Positions 12,740 through 25,964 of a stretch of 64,000 nucleotides of DNA are shown in pieces. The notes beneath the pieces are model-generated. The model had not been told where the DNA came from. It saw nothing but the letters and a program-made list of their open reading frames with translations, and made no database searches. Source of the stretch: Lama glama (taxonomy: Eukaryota); NCBI GenBank assembly GCA_028534125.1, contig CM052817.1, forward strand, positions 28,088,001 to 28,152,000. The letters are read 5' to 3'. Each line of letters starts with the position of its first letter. Position 1 is the first letter of the stretch. A program made the translations under genes and the position numbers.

Positions 12740-13209
12740 TGTCTGTGTCCGAAACTCTGGAACCCATGAATATGTTAGGTTACATGACAAAGAGGAATTA
12801 AGACTGCAGATGGAATTAAGGTGTGAATAGTTGACATTTCATAGGGAGAGTCTCCTGAATTATCAGTGGACTCAGGATCACAAGACTCATTGAATGGGGA
12901 AGAGGAGAGATGAGGAGTCAGAGGCAGAGTGATGCCGTGTGAGAAAGATTCATCTGGCCACTGCTGGCTGGGGAAGGTGGGAGGGGACAGTGAACAAAGG
13001 AGGACAGGTAGGTACAGCAGCTGGAAAAGGCAAGAAAATGGATTCTGCCCTAGAACCTCTGGAAAGGAACATGGGTAGCCCTGCCAATTCTTTGATTTTA
13101 GCCCAGTGACCCCCTTTTGGACCTCAGATCTCCAGAATTTAAGGTAATAAGTATGGGTTAAGTTACTGTTTATGGCAATTTGTTGTAGCAGCAATAGGAA
13201 GCTAATATG
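12740..13209 (+). mobile_element. MaLR LTR (MLT1D-like)
   Basis: gaatatgttaggttacatgacaaagaggaattaagactgcagatggaattaagg...gcagcaataggaagctaata. Confidence 0.85.
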
Positions 13210-13924
13210 TATGTCCCCCATGTTTTAAATAATGAAAATGTATTAACAATCAGAAATAAAATTTAAAGATTATATAAATACATTACAAACTGGAAATGTG
13301 ACCAGAGTACTAAATTACATTTCCTTGGTGAGATGACACACACCATTAGCTTGTGCTTATTCAGATATATACCCTCAGGGCCCCCAGGCAATCTTCAAAA
13401 GGCACAAAAGACCATGTGTCAGCTCCCATGTGCCTGGTATTGATACAGTTCATTCCACCCATTTCCCCACTGCTTCATCTACTGCTCTGCAGGGAGTGGG
13501 CATGCTGCATATGCCCAGCCTTCAACAGAAGTGCAGATTTTAGAAAAAAATAAGCAAATTAAACCGTAAAAAGGGAAGACATATCGAAAAGACTGCTGAT
13601 ACAACATCATTGTTTGAACAGCAGGAAATATTCTGAGACACTGGATAGAAATTCATTTCTAATGTGATGTACCTAGTTTTCCAGAGAACAGAAAACTGCC
13701 TGTTACAAATGCATTGTCATGATGACAACTGGAAACAAGAATAAAATTGCACCAAACTCCTTTGTTTTTCATTGTACCTCTGAAACCTAGAGACCTGAAA
13801 AAGCTTTACATTATACTAGCTCGACGTTTTTTAAAGATGAAAAATAAAAGCAGTTGGAAAATCTTCCTTAAAGAACAGAAAGAAGTAGTTCTTATAAGAA
13901 AAGTGCTTAACTTAAAGTTTTTCT

Positions 13925-14710
13925 TAAATTGTTTATTTCCTTCCTGATTACGAAAGTAATATATACTCATGGTGGAAAATTAATTGAATACGGAAAAATA
14001 TATAGAAGAAAACACTAATCATTCATATGCAGAGGAAATCGTTGCTAAAAATCTTTGTTATATTTTCTCCCATTTTATGGGCTTTTTTCATATTAAATAT
14101 ATAGTATATACAATTTTGTTTTAATTTTTCTGTTAACATTAAAAATAGCTTTTAATTCAGAATATAAAATTGTACTACTGCCATAATTTTTATATTGCAT
14201 AATTTTCATATTTGCATCCATCGTGTAGATTTAACAAAATATATTTACACTTTCCCTAGAGATGAATAATTAGGTTGCTTATAACTGTTCATATTGATAA
14301 ATATTGCAGCAACCAAAAGCTATAGATGTAGATTTTTCTACATTAAGAATTGTTTCTTTAGGATCAATAAAAATGGAATAAAATAGCTTAGAATTGGAAT
14401 ATCTGAGCTGAAATGTAAGAATATTTTTGAGAACTTAATATGTACTGCTAAAATTCTTCCTAAAGATGTAAATTTTTATCTTTGAGCACTACTTGGGACC
14501 ATCTATATCACAACTCTCATAAGCACTGCGTATTACTACTTTAAAATCTTTGTAAATTTGATAAACAGAAAATAATATTTCCTTGTATTTATTTTAATTT
14601 ATTTTTTAGTTAGGTTAAATACTTTGTTCACTTTCTATTTATATGGCCTCTTTTGTGAATTTTCTAGTCACATCATTTGTCAATGTGGTTTTTTGGGGTT
14701 AATTTATTAG
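13925..14710 (-). mobile_element. Ancient L1 (L1ME-like) fragment
   Basis: AT-rich antisense L1 3' UTR/ORF2-end motifs, highly diverged. Confidence 0.55.
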
Positions 14711-15764
14711 AGTTTACAGCAGCAGGGCAGAGAGACTGAGCAAATGACAGAAGCAAATAGTTTATTAGGGGTTAGTTTCAGATCAGTTACACCCAGGGAG
14801 CATCCTCTCTGACAGCGAGAAATGGCAACCACATAAATGCTGACAAGACCCTGCTCTCTGCTTCCAGAGAAGCTCTTCCAAAAGTCACCCCAAACTGAAT
14901 GTTTTCACTTCATAAAAAATGCCTAGTGAATGGCAAGAAGTAAATAACTTATCTGCAGTTTCCTAAAAATTCTTTCAGGAGCAAGTTGGTATTTCCGAGG
15001 AAGTCCAGACATACTTTACCTAGGAGATCTCTAATAGACGGACGTGGAGGTGGGCAGAGCAGGGCCAAGAGCACACATTAGGGATGAGGAGGTGCCCCAG
15101 TCTATTGTATGTCTATGGGGATGATTCCCTTCAAAAAAGAGAGAGGGTCCCTAAGAGCTACGACCATAGGATGAAGAGTTGATCAATGACTTTCACCATA
15201 TATTCGTCCTCAAGAATATGAATCACAGGTGGATTTGCGCTAATGGTGTTTTTAGAGTGGCTTCATAAAGTTTCCATGAATACTTTGTATACTGTTTCTT
15301 CACCCTGTTAACAGCTTGGTTTAGTTTAAGAACAATGTAGTGCACACACTGGGTTTGAGGGAATTTTTGTTTATTTTTTGGTTTGGGGTTTTTTGTTTTG
15401 TTTTGCTTTTGCTTGGAAGTAGCTAAATAAATAAAACAAAATGAATGGCTTTATAAAAATGAAACTCCACATGGAATCACAGATTCAGGGAGGCGGAGGT
15501 AGGAGAAGGGGTGTGGAGATTGCCGGGTGCATTTGCAGGTCAAATTCTCATCCACTTGAGAATTAAAAGAAAAAAATATGTATGTCATGAAAAAAGAGAG
15601 AGGGTCTCTTATCCAGCAAGATGCCCTATTGGTAGTTCTGCATGGTATCTATTCTCTGAGACTTTCACTTGGCATCTTAGAATGATACATGTGCAGAGAA
15701 ATACCACTTTTTAAAGAACCCTTTAAAAAAGTAGAGATTTGTGTAAGATAGAGAACATGTAAAT

Positions 15765-16270
15765 TATTTAGGATTACTTTGGTTTCATCTAAAGCACAAC
15801 AACACTAAAAATGGCTTAAACAGTAAGGGTATTATTATCTCAAATAAAGAGAAATAGCAAATTAGGCTGATCTGAGGGGATGAATTCAGTGGCTCAACAA
15901 TGACTAAACTCCAGTTCGAATTTCTGTGATTTTTGGAGCTGTTTTCTTAGGGTTTTCAGGTAACTACCATAACAGAATATCATGTCCTCAAACAACAATG
16001 TCTAATAAAATATTTAATGAAGGAAGAAAACATTTTCCAGAAGCCCACAGCAAAATTTACCTAGCAATGGATTGGCCAAAACTGGTCACAAACCCCAACC
16101 TACACCATTAGCAAAGGGGAACAAGATTACTAAAAGTGTCTTAAACCAAACATGATTTGCCCCCTCAGCTGGGCATATTAACCCCCATCACCTAGACAAA
16201 ATCTAGGCTCTGTTGCAAGGAAGGAGTGGAAGAACGGCCCGTGTGTTAGCAACCAAGTGTCCACCATACC
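15765..16270 (-). mobile_element. Old MaLR LTR (MLT1J/L-like)
   Basis: aatggcttaaacagtaagg...gattggccaaaactggtcaca motifs. Confidence 0.5.
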
Positions 16271-16894
16271 ACGTCTTATTCAATCTGTATTTCCCCAGAA
16301 TCCAGTGCAATAGAAAACAAATATTTGTAGCTAAGTTAATAACTAAAAGCAAATTGGAAAACCTTTAGAAAATATCACAAGTACATTGCTTCTACCAAGA
16401 TCATTCAAGAACCATAAAATATTATCCTATTTTAGGAGAATACTACAAGGTAACACTCAACAAAATAAATTTATAATTATTTCCTTGAGTGAAGAAATAC
16501 GCTACATTTCACAGCAACAGACTTCTTTGAAATTAAAATACATAAACACAAGTAAATTGTGGTTTGACAAATTTGGGGAGATCAAGTTGGAAGAAACATT
16601 TATGAGGAAATATTCAAAACTGTGCCATACAGTCTTTACCAATTACCTTCAAACTGGCACCAATTTTCATATAATTAAGCTACCTAAAAGGCATCTAATA
16701 AACAAACAACCTATTCGGTTGGTTCTCATCTCTATGCTCCCATGATCATAATTGTGTTGGACTATTTGTCACATTATACCACAATTTATCTTATAAATCA
16801 GCCTCCTTCCCTCCTTTTGGAAGGTAGAGTCAGGTCATATTCAGGACACTCTGTAAAGTATTTATTTGCCCAAGACCCAGGCACCAGTATCTAC

Positions 16895-17510
16895 TGTGTT
16901 TCACAATATTTACATCCCAGTTATTAAGCAACTCTCTCTCAGTTCCAAACGCACCCTTCCTTATACCCTGCTTTGCCACCTGGACTTGGCTCTGCCAAGA
17001 AGGACACTAGACGGCGGAAGCAAGGCTGGAAGAGGAAGGGAAATGCCCTTTCCTATCTGCTTTCTGTTCCCGTGAACATCACCCCAGCATTATTTCACCT
17101 AAGGGCAGTTCTTTCTTCTAGTAGCAGCTGAACTCAATTGGCCTTTTTTCAGCACTGGAAGAGCCAACTTTACCAAGTCCCACTCCATCCTGAGACTCCA
17201 GCAGCAGCCAGGCAACACCCCTTTCTGGCTCCTCCCCCGAGCTCAGTTACCACAACCAGCTCAGCAGAACCCCTCCTCCAGACCTGACCTTAGCTCTACT
17301 GGGTGTGTCTGCAAGAACTCTAAATTCTAGTCATCCCAGCCTCGTCCCTTTGTTCCCTCCGCCCTAGCTGCTTCCTGCAATTATCACCTCCAGGAGACCT
17401 CGGGAACTCTCTCTTGGCCCTTTCTGTTACCTAGTTCACAACTTTATTTATATCTAGTTAGCAAGTTCTTATATTGACTTTCCCTGTTCAGATCCCTTGA
17501 TCCTTGACTG
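16895..17510 (+). mobile_element. ERVL-class LTR (LTR41/LTR33-group-like)
   Basis: ctctctcagttccaaac...ctctgccaagaaggacactagacggcggaagcaaggctggaagagg resembles recalled LTR41. Confidence 0.5.
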
Positions 17511-19159
17511 ATTTACAAGTCCCCCCATTTAACTAGTCCATGACCCTACACATCTACACCAAATGAGTGAATACACTGGTGCCCCATTCTGGGCAAATAT
17601 TGTTCCATACTATATTTTGAGGAACTCGGGAGCCTAGTGGCACTGGAGGGAGGAGGGGAGAATGACCACCTATGGGTGCTCTCAGCCTTCTCACTGTTGC
17701 TCTAAGCTGGCCCAGAGTTGCATCAGCAAAGTGAAACCCCTACAGTTACTTGGGCCTCTTCCTGAGAAGGTCATTTAGCAACCACCTAGTATTAGGTAAA
17801 CACCCTCCTTGGGTTTTCCCACTTCTCCAACCCAAGCGCCTTACTGAGGCACCCCTTCCATTAAAATGCAATAGCCCCACTGAGGGAATTCCAGTCTCCA
17901 CATTTCTCTCCCTCTTGCTATAAAGCCGCCATGGTTTACCATCCCTGAGAGTTGGTGCCTAGCCAGCTGCTCAGTTTCTCTGCTCCCTGATGCAGTTCTG
18001 CAGACAAGCACGTGAGATACATTGTTCTCCAGAAAGTAGGAACTCAACCTTTCACATTTCTGAGGATTTCACCTAAAAATGAACTTCTGAAAACAACGGG
18101 CAGACGGAATCATAATAACTAACCCTGAGCCCTAAGCAGTGATGCAAGCAATAAACATGGGTTATCTCATAGGATACAATAAAGAGGAAGGCACTGTTTT
18201 AAGCCCACTTTCCATGTAAAGAAACCAAGGCATATAGCAGTGAGGTTATTTACTTTTTTTTTTTAATATGAGGATATAATCACAGACCTTCTGGCTCTTA
18301 ATCTCTCTACTATAGTCGGATACTCATACCAGACCTTGACAGTGGGCAGCTCTGATCGGGAGTCCTCACAATTCTCCAGAGAGCAAATACAATCTGAGGC
18401 TTCCACTTCTTACTTGTTTTGGTTCCAAACATTCAGAATGGCCAGTGGCTACTAAATAAGTCTGCAAATGAAATGCTCTCAAGAAAATGTTGTTCAGCAA
18501 CAGCATAATAGTGGACTTTTAAACTAGATGCACACAATTTGGCTTTAACCAATTTGGCTTCTCAGGGAGTTGTTCATGACACTTTTACGACACAGTACCA
18601 AGTCTTAAGGAGACTGACACAGACTGACACGAGGATAAGACAAAGAAATACATAATTGCGTGAGGTGAAAACAGAAATGAAGTGTAGTAGATCCAGCACA
18701 CCTCTCCGTGAGGGCTGCTACACATGAAGTCTTCATGCAGGTGCCAAGGCGGGAAGACGCCCATCAGCTGATGCAGAGGAGTTGAAAAGGTGGAGCGAAT
18801 CTTGTTCAACTTGTATCAAGTTGGACTCCCAGTATGGAATTTTACTTGAGTTTATCTTTAAAAGGACCACAAATAATAAAGAATTTAGGCAATAAGCTTC
18901 CACTATCAGGGAGTAGTCTGGAAGTTTATTATTTAGGAATGTTGCAGAGGACATTCACCAGAATTTTTAGGATTTAGAGCCAAATTGTATATTGATTTTC
19001 CACTTTCTTCAATTTATTTCCACAGACAATGTTTCTAAGTAACATAAAAACCATACTATCTGAAAGAGTATTTTGATCTACACAGTTCAAAGAGTTCAAA
19101 AGCAAAATATTATGAAACAGAAAGAGTGTGTATGTGTGTGTGTGCATGTGCGTGCACAT

Positions 19160-19480
19160 GCCAGTCCTGGCCACATTTGTCCCCAGATCTATTCCCTCCC
19201 TTCCCCCTTTCTGCTGTATATAGCAAGGGGGACTGACCCCTGCAGGCTGTTTCCCAGGCTCCCCTGTCAACTGGCTGCCTGCTGAGGTCAGCCAATGAGA
19301 GGCACTGGAGATGGATGGGAGGGCTGGGGAAGGAGGGGCCAGGGCTGTACTAACAGCACCTCTCCTCCCTTCATTGAAGGTAGGCAATGTCTTCCTGTTG
19401 CTACAAGTCTCTGAGCTACCTTGTAACCCAGCAGGACACTATGGGGCCTTCCAGGGACAGACTCCTCTGCCATATACTCT
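19160..19480 (+). mobile_element. ERVL-class LTR (LTR33-like) fragment
   Basis: ggactgacccctgcagg...ccaggctcccctgtcaactggctgcctgctgaggtcagccaatgagaggcactgg. Confidence 0.6.
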
Positions 19481-19482
19481 GC

Positions 19483-19854
19483 TGTAGCTCCTGTCTGAAA
19501 TACCCACGTAATAGCATCTCATGCATATTTCCTGAGTTTTCCAGATGCTAAAAACCACCACCAAATGGAAGAAATTAGCTATTTGATAATCATAAGCACG
19601 TGACCCACAGACCTTCTGGTGCCTAAGGATTGATCACTACCAACCAATCAGAGAATTGTGCACAGCTGATCCTGTACCCTGGGATGCCACACTCACCTGG
19701 CTTACAAAATGCTTTGCTGAAATACTTATGGGAATTTGGGGCACAAGCCACCCGTTCTCCTTGCTTGGCCCTGCAGTAAACCTGTCTTTGCTCCAAACTC
19801 CAACATTTTGGTTTGTCTGGCCTCACCGGGCACACAAACGTGCATTCCATAACA
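19483..19854 (+). mobile_element. ERV1-type solo LTR (lineage-specific)
   Basis: CCAAT box (aaccaatcag), AGTAAA polyA-like signal, ends ...cataaca; 5' boundary uncertain. Confidence 0.6.
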
Positions 19855-20544
19855 ACCTCACCATGCCCGAACGAGCCTCTCAACTCCTTCATGGACTAAG
19901 TAACCAAATTCAGTGCCCTCCGTCAGGGACACCAGAAGCAGTTTCTCCGTTACTGGCTGAACAGTGGTACAGAAAGGAAAGCTCCTCCAACTTTCATGTT
20001 TCCCCACCATGCATATGGAGCTCCAGTTATAAAATAATTCCGGCTTCTCTCTGTCACATGCCCGTGGACCCAATGACGAAGGAGGAAATTCATTTGCCTG
20101 ACAAGTGTGGAAGCAGAAGTCAGACGCAGAGAGCCCAGTCTTTTTCCCTTCCCTTCTCCTCTGGAAGTCAGTGCACCCTCTCTCAGTGTGTGCTCTGCTC
20201 AGCTCTCAGCCATGTGGTGAAAGGGAGTGGCTGTGAAGAGGATGCTTGCAGACTTCCAGGGCTGCCAATGGCTGGGCAAGTCTGCCTAATCTTAAATTTC
20301 TGGATTTGGAAGCCCACTCGCTTACAGATGCAACCACATTGTGCTCTATCAGCGTTATCAGTAATAAAGGTAGTATTTTGATTCCTCCATCTCTATCACT
20401 CCTGTTTCCTATATATCAGTTAGTTCAGAACCCAGACAGAGTACGAGGGCACTTATTGGGGCCCCTCAGAAACCCAGCATACATAATATTCATATATAGT
20501 ATATTCTAATTAACCCTATTGCTAAGTCACTAGACCAATTAAAA

Positions 20545-20790
20545 ATAGCAGGTAATCCTGTAGGTTACAGTGTGCCAGGAATTATTCTAAGTGCTTTACA
20601 TATAACTCATTCAATCCTCAAATACAGTATGTATTAAGATTCCTGTTTCAGAGCCAAGAGAACTGAAACACAGAGATATTACAGAACCTGCCCAAAGTCA
20701 CACAGATAATAAGTGGTAAGATCTATAATCAAACTCCGAAAGTTGGGCTGCAGAATCTGTACTCTGAAGCATCATGCTATGCTGCTCACA
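20545..20790 (-). mobile_element. MIR SINE
   Basis: gtgccaggaattattctaagtgctttacatataactcattcaatcctca...gaactgaaacacagag. Confidence 0.8.
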
Positions 20791-21354
20791 GCTTAGATTT
20801 TAACAAAAGATTCTGAACTTCATCTAATGCGATTTAATTTTCAGTCTTAGATATGCTATTTTCAAATATCTCACAGAACCCAGCAAACCTTCTGTTTTTG
20901 CCCCACCTCAACTTTGATATAGAATTCTGTGTTATTTCCCTCTCCAAGAAGAATCCATTCCCACTAAAGATACTACTAAGCAATGCAGATTTTACCAAAG
21001 ATTTCATAAAGGAAATGGAAAAAGAGATTTGCATCAAATAGCCACTGGCAAACTACAGTGAATTTTGCAATGGACACATTCCTAAGGACTCCAATCATTC
21101 TACTCTGGCAACTTGAAAGATAATTATCCCACAGAAATAAATATAAAACCTTGCCTCCAATCCCCTGTAATTCTAGCACTCACCCATGCCACACACAAAA
21201 GCTTCCATCCTTTATTACACTCTGCAATTTACTTCTGCTTCCGCCTCCAGACCTGCTTACCTTACCCGCTACCATGCAGTTCAACAAAGATCTCCCAGCC
21301 ACAGGGGCCTGCCCTTCTTAGAAAAAGGAAGAAGTGGACAGAAATAGGTTAATA

Positions 21355-21778
21355 CAGTGTTGTGTTGGGGCCCCTTTATACCAGCTTGTAAAAGCCAGTT
21401 GCTAAATTTCCAGGAATTCTGCACACAGTTCTTAAACACAGCTATCACAAAAAACTAAACTACATGAAATTACAGTAAACAAATGGCACTGAAACAAAGA
21501 TAATACTCAAATTGACAACTTCCTAGTTATTTTACTATATTTTACACTTATCTCTGCTCTAGAAGTTACTTACATTTATTGTATCTGTCTGGTGAGAATA
21601 TTATATAAGTGTTCTGTGTATCATTTCCTAGCTCTGTGTTCAATGATGTCATTATCAGTAGCTCGAAAAGAGCCATGGTGGGAGTATTTATGCCATGGAA
21701 ATGGGCAAGAGTTAGAAATTAAAGAGTTGTTTTTTTTTCTGGAGAGCCTATTGTTAAACTTTTACTAGCACACCACTA
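21355..21778 (-). mobile_element. MER63-like hAT DNA transposon
   Basis: Imperfect TIRs cagtgttgtgttgg / ctagcacaccact; matches recalled MER63 terminus. Confidence 0.65.
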
Positions 21779-22117
21779 GACAGTTAACAGATGATTGATA
21801 GATAAATAGATGGATGTATATATACATATATACTTATTTACATATATACATAGATATGTAGACAGATCAACACAACTTTCCTCACAAAATACGTCTATTT
21901 TCTTTAGCAAAATTTCTTGTAAGTTTCAGCTAAACGCCTGCACACTATTTGTTTTTCCCATTAGAATACAAACCACATGGTTTGATACAGGGCATGAAAA
22001 TCAAAACTCAAGCAATCCACTGAACCTCCTTTCACATAAACAGACAACAGTTGGGAATGGGAACAATACAAGCCACACAGAATGGCACAAAAGTCTCTTT
22101 GAAGACTTGCAGGGAAG

Positions 22118-22130
22118 TGCTGAGTCAGCA
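22118..22130. promoter_or_regulatory. Perfect T-MARE (Maf recognition element) TGCTGAGTCAGCA
   Basis: Exact 13-bp consensus, extended by a G/C flanking pair; function untested. Confidence 0.4.
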
Positions 22131-23269
22131 CAAGTCCCAGGGAGCACGGCTGTATATTCCAAATTATAGGTGGTCAGCATGAACATCCTCCAATAGTAGG
22201 GTGCTCTTAGAAACTTCTTCTCTAAACAAGAAAAATGATATTTTAAATTGCAATGGAGGGTAACCAATTTCTACTTAAGAGAGCAAGACCAAGCAAATAT
22301 GCAAAACCTGTCAACTAGGGAATTGGGAACTGATTTTGTGGGGCAAACCTAATGCCAATCTAAGTGGACAAGATAGTTGTTTTTTAATGTAATGACACTG
22401 TATCTTTCTGGGTTTTATTATAATGCAAATGACATTATACTACAGGAGTAACTGAATTTACTACAGCAACATTTACTGCAGAAGTACCTGCAGCTTGAGA
22501 CCCCAAAGAGCAGAAGCAGGACTGCTTCATGTTTTATTCCAGGCAGTCCATATCTTCTATAGGAATATTTACAAATGCACCATATTTTTTATGTATTTTT
22601 ATGATATTTATTTATTTTATGATTCTAGTTATAAACACTAAAATAAACATAGTGTAGAAGCTATTCAATTCAAATATTTATCATGTTCTAATCACTGTTC
22701 TCATCACCAGGGAGATAAAAAGATTATTCCGCAAGGGCCCCACTTTGCAGATATTTACAGTTGGAGACACAACTAAGTGTAACCTGGGTAACCTGCCTAA
22801 CCAGCTTGTAGTGCAAATACGGTAACATTTTTAATAATCCAACTGCTCCATCTTTGAATTATGTAAGCTCTTTCTCCAGCAGAAATCTGGGGACAGAGGT
22901 GCCTGCTCAGTTCAGACAGGACCATTTGAAGTTCACAAGACAAACCTGGAGAGTTTGGTCAGGGCACCGTGAACCACAGTTTATCATTTTCACTACTCCT
23001 ATTGCTGTCGCCTGGCGTCACTGTTGAAAATGGGCCCTTGTCCTTGGCTGCTAAGTCATCCTTGCTGCGCCAGATCTCTGGGGAGGCTGCAGTGATACCC
23101 TGTGCGTTGGCTTTCAAAACTTTATCTTCTTTCGTTCGCATTCACAAGCCCACCATGCCAAACTAAGAATATTTGCTACATATTCTGTGTCTACAGAGAC
23201 AGATGGCCACTTTGGTCCCTTTAAAATGTACAGTCTCACCAGATACACTGCATCTTAAATAATTTAGGA

Positions 23270-23841
23270 AGTAATCTGGTCTATGATAAATGTGTACACA
23301 AACTCAATGGGAACACAGAGTACAGGGCAGTTAAGTTTGACTGAACCGATAAAGCTTTCCAGAGCCAATGATGTTTGATACGAGAATTAAAGTGCAGATT
23401 ATGAAAACAGAGCAAGTAAGGTGTTTATGGGCAAAACAGTCCCAGAGAAAAGAATGTTTAAACATTTGAAAGCAAAGATGGCAGAAATACAAGGTTCATG
23501 GGTAGCCAGGAATGAAGGGACTTAAAAAAGGAAAGTTAGATGGAGACCCATCTTTTGTGCAGCTTTCAGTATCATGTTAATGAAATTGAACTCTATTCTG
23601 AAGACAACGTGAAGTCACCCAAGGATTGAGAGCAGAAGAAGTAGTGTGTTTGGACCTGTAATTTAGAGAGATAACTGGTACCTGTGCTGAAGGTGGACTG
23701 GCTGGAGGCAAGAACCTGAAGGTGCTCCCCACGTCCAGCAGAGAAATGGCAGAGCCCTGAGAGCAGAGGCAGTGACAGCCAAAGGGAAAGGACTGAGTCC
23801 AGTAATATTTCAGGACAGAGTTTAAAAACACTAGGGAATAG
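23270..23841 (-). mobile_element. L2 LINE fragment
   Basis: Purine-rich L2-like motifs; runs into the gap. Confidence 0.6.
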
Positions 23842-24341
23842 NNNNNNNNNNNNNNNNNNNNNNNNNNNNNNNNNNNNNNNNNNNNNNNNNNNNNNNNNNN
23901 NNNNNNNNNNNNNNNNNNNNNNNNNNNNNNNNNNNNNNNNNNNNNNNNNNNNNNNNNNNNNNNNNNNNNNNNNNNNNNNNNNNNNNNNNNNNNNNNNNNN
24001 NNNNNNNNNNNNNNNNNNNNNNNNNNNNNNNNNNNNNNNNNNNNNNNNNNNNNNNNNNNNNNNNNNNNNNNNNNNNNNNNNNNNNNNNNNNNNNNNNNNN
24101 NNNNNNNNNNNNNNNNNNNNNNNNNNNNNNNNNNNNNNNNNNNNNNNNNNNNNNNNNNNNNNNNNNNNNNNNNNNNNNNNNNNNNNNNNNNNNNNNNNNN
24201 NNNNNNNNNNNNNNNNNNNNNNNNNNNNNNNNNNNNNNNNNNNNNNNNNNNNNNNNNNNNNNNNNNNNNNNNNNNNNNNNNNNNNNNNNNNNNNNNNNNN
24301 NNNNNNNNNNNNNNNNNNNNNNNNNNNNNNNNNNNNNNNNN
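23842..24341. other. Assembly gap (500 N)
   Basis: N run. Confidence 1.
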
Positions 24342-25964
24342 GCAACTCTTAGGATAAAGGTGGTACTCTTGGGCCATGTCGTTATAGATATTCCTTCTTG
24401 CAGTGTCTCCACAGCAGGCTCCTATCCCCTTATACTGTTATTCTAACTTTCTTGCTAAAGATCTTCAAAGAAGTGAATAGAAATTTCTTAAATGGTATTC
24501 TGGATCCATCAAATAATTCTATTCAAGATTGCTGAGAAGATTCTACACCAGTATTTTTCGTTCTTATAATTTTTTTAGGCTATGGTTTTTCAAAACTTGT
24601 AATCGGACAGAATTCATTATATTAGATCAAGTCATTATAATATTTATATGATTCCAAACAGGTACACATTCACTAAAACTAGTCATCAAATTAGTTTTGT
24701 GATCAATACGTCTTTATTTACTTCATCAAAACTTAAATTTATAAGGCCTGCTTTCTGATAGCATCTTACATTTGATGAAATTCAGTTCTGTGGTTTCCAC
24801 TTGGCATGTTCAGTAGGACTGGGTTCTCAGCATTACTAGAAGGACCCTATCATGTTTTATAAGATGATCCTCCAGCGTGGACTTCACAGTGAGTGAGGTA
24901 TTGATTTGAGCTCAGTGCATGTTTAACATAGTCCCTCAAAGTCCTCAAAAAAAAAAAAAAAGTACATGCTGGATGAAAGAATCTTTCAGCCCTGGAATGG
25001 GGAGAATGCTCTTTAATAAATATGAGTGCTTTTTCACATGGGGCAGGGAATTTTGAAAATATCATTTAGTTCTAAATACACAAGCCAAAATGATGCACCT
25101 GTTTTACATTTTGTGTCTTTCATGAAAAACTGGCCATCCGTTGGGGTGGGTGGTGGCAGCTCCAAACAATTGCACGAACCCGGTGCTGTGGTTTCCTCCA
25201 CTCCCTTCCTGCGGTCCTTTCTTCAGAAAAGTGTGACCCTAAGGGCCCAGATCGATTTATTGCTTCTCTTTTTCATCTAGTACAAACAAAAAAGTGTTGA
25301 GAGAGTGGAAGAGAGTCCTTTCCCAAGGAACTCAGTGAATCTATTCCTTTGGAATTAGAGAGGAAATTAAACAGTGGCTGAACCTTTTTCCTTTTTTCTT
25401 TCTGAAAGCTTCCTGTTGTTCGATGTCCACAATGATTGCTCAGACTACTCCAGGGGCCGCTGGAATAATATGCTTGCTCACTTAGCAGAGCCTGGATGTT
25501 TCTTAAATTTGAAACAAAGCCGAGAAAGATAAATTTTTGTCTTTGTAGTCATATATACAGTTTGTGTTTGGTAAGACTCATCCATAACACACTGCATCTA
25601 AGCAGTGTGCTAGTTGCTTCCTAGACCAAGTGAAGGAAGAATGTTTAAATCTACCAGGTGATATTTTCATTAAATTTATTATGCTTCTATTTTTTACCAA
25701 GTTAGGTGAAAATGATCTTGTAGGTTCCTATCAGCTCGACAATTCAATTTCCAAATGACTCAGTGATTCACCTTAAATCCATGGCACAAGAGAATTTCTA
25801 AATTATCACTTAAGAAATAATTTTCACACCTGTTTTCAGAAGGCAGAAGCTACCATATGAACTAACAGGTGGCTCACAGATGAATACAGCTGCAAGTTGG
25901 AGTACAGAAGACGTACATTTTAATTCTTGAAGTGACCTTTTAAGAGACAGAAAATTTGTTGGTT

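Noticed and set aside
14706..15170. Possible antisense LTR
   Set aside because: Only a TTTATT and general composition; no termini, TSD or family recognised
18733..18862. Minus-strand terminal-exon-like frame INSSKIPYWESNLIQVEQDSLHLFNSSASADGRLPALAPA*
   Set aside because: Mediocre acceptor, no recognisable homologue and no upstream partner exons; a TBLASTN hit would be needed
19656..20381. 241-aa ORF, the longest gap-free ORF
   Set aside because: Starts inside an LTR at a non-ATG codon, has no recognisable domain, and its composition is typical of chance ORFs
22959..23141. Minus-strand 60-aa ORF (MRTKEDKVLKANAQG...)
   Set aside because: No recognised homology or convincing splice signals
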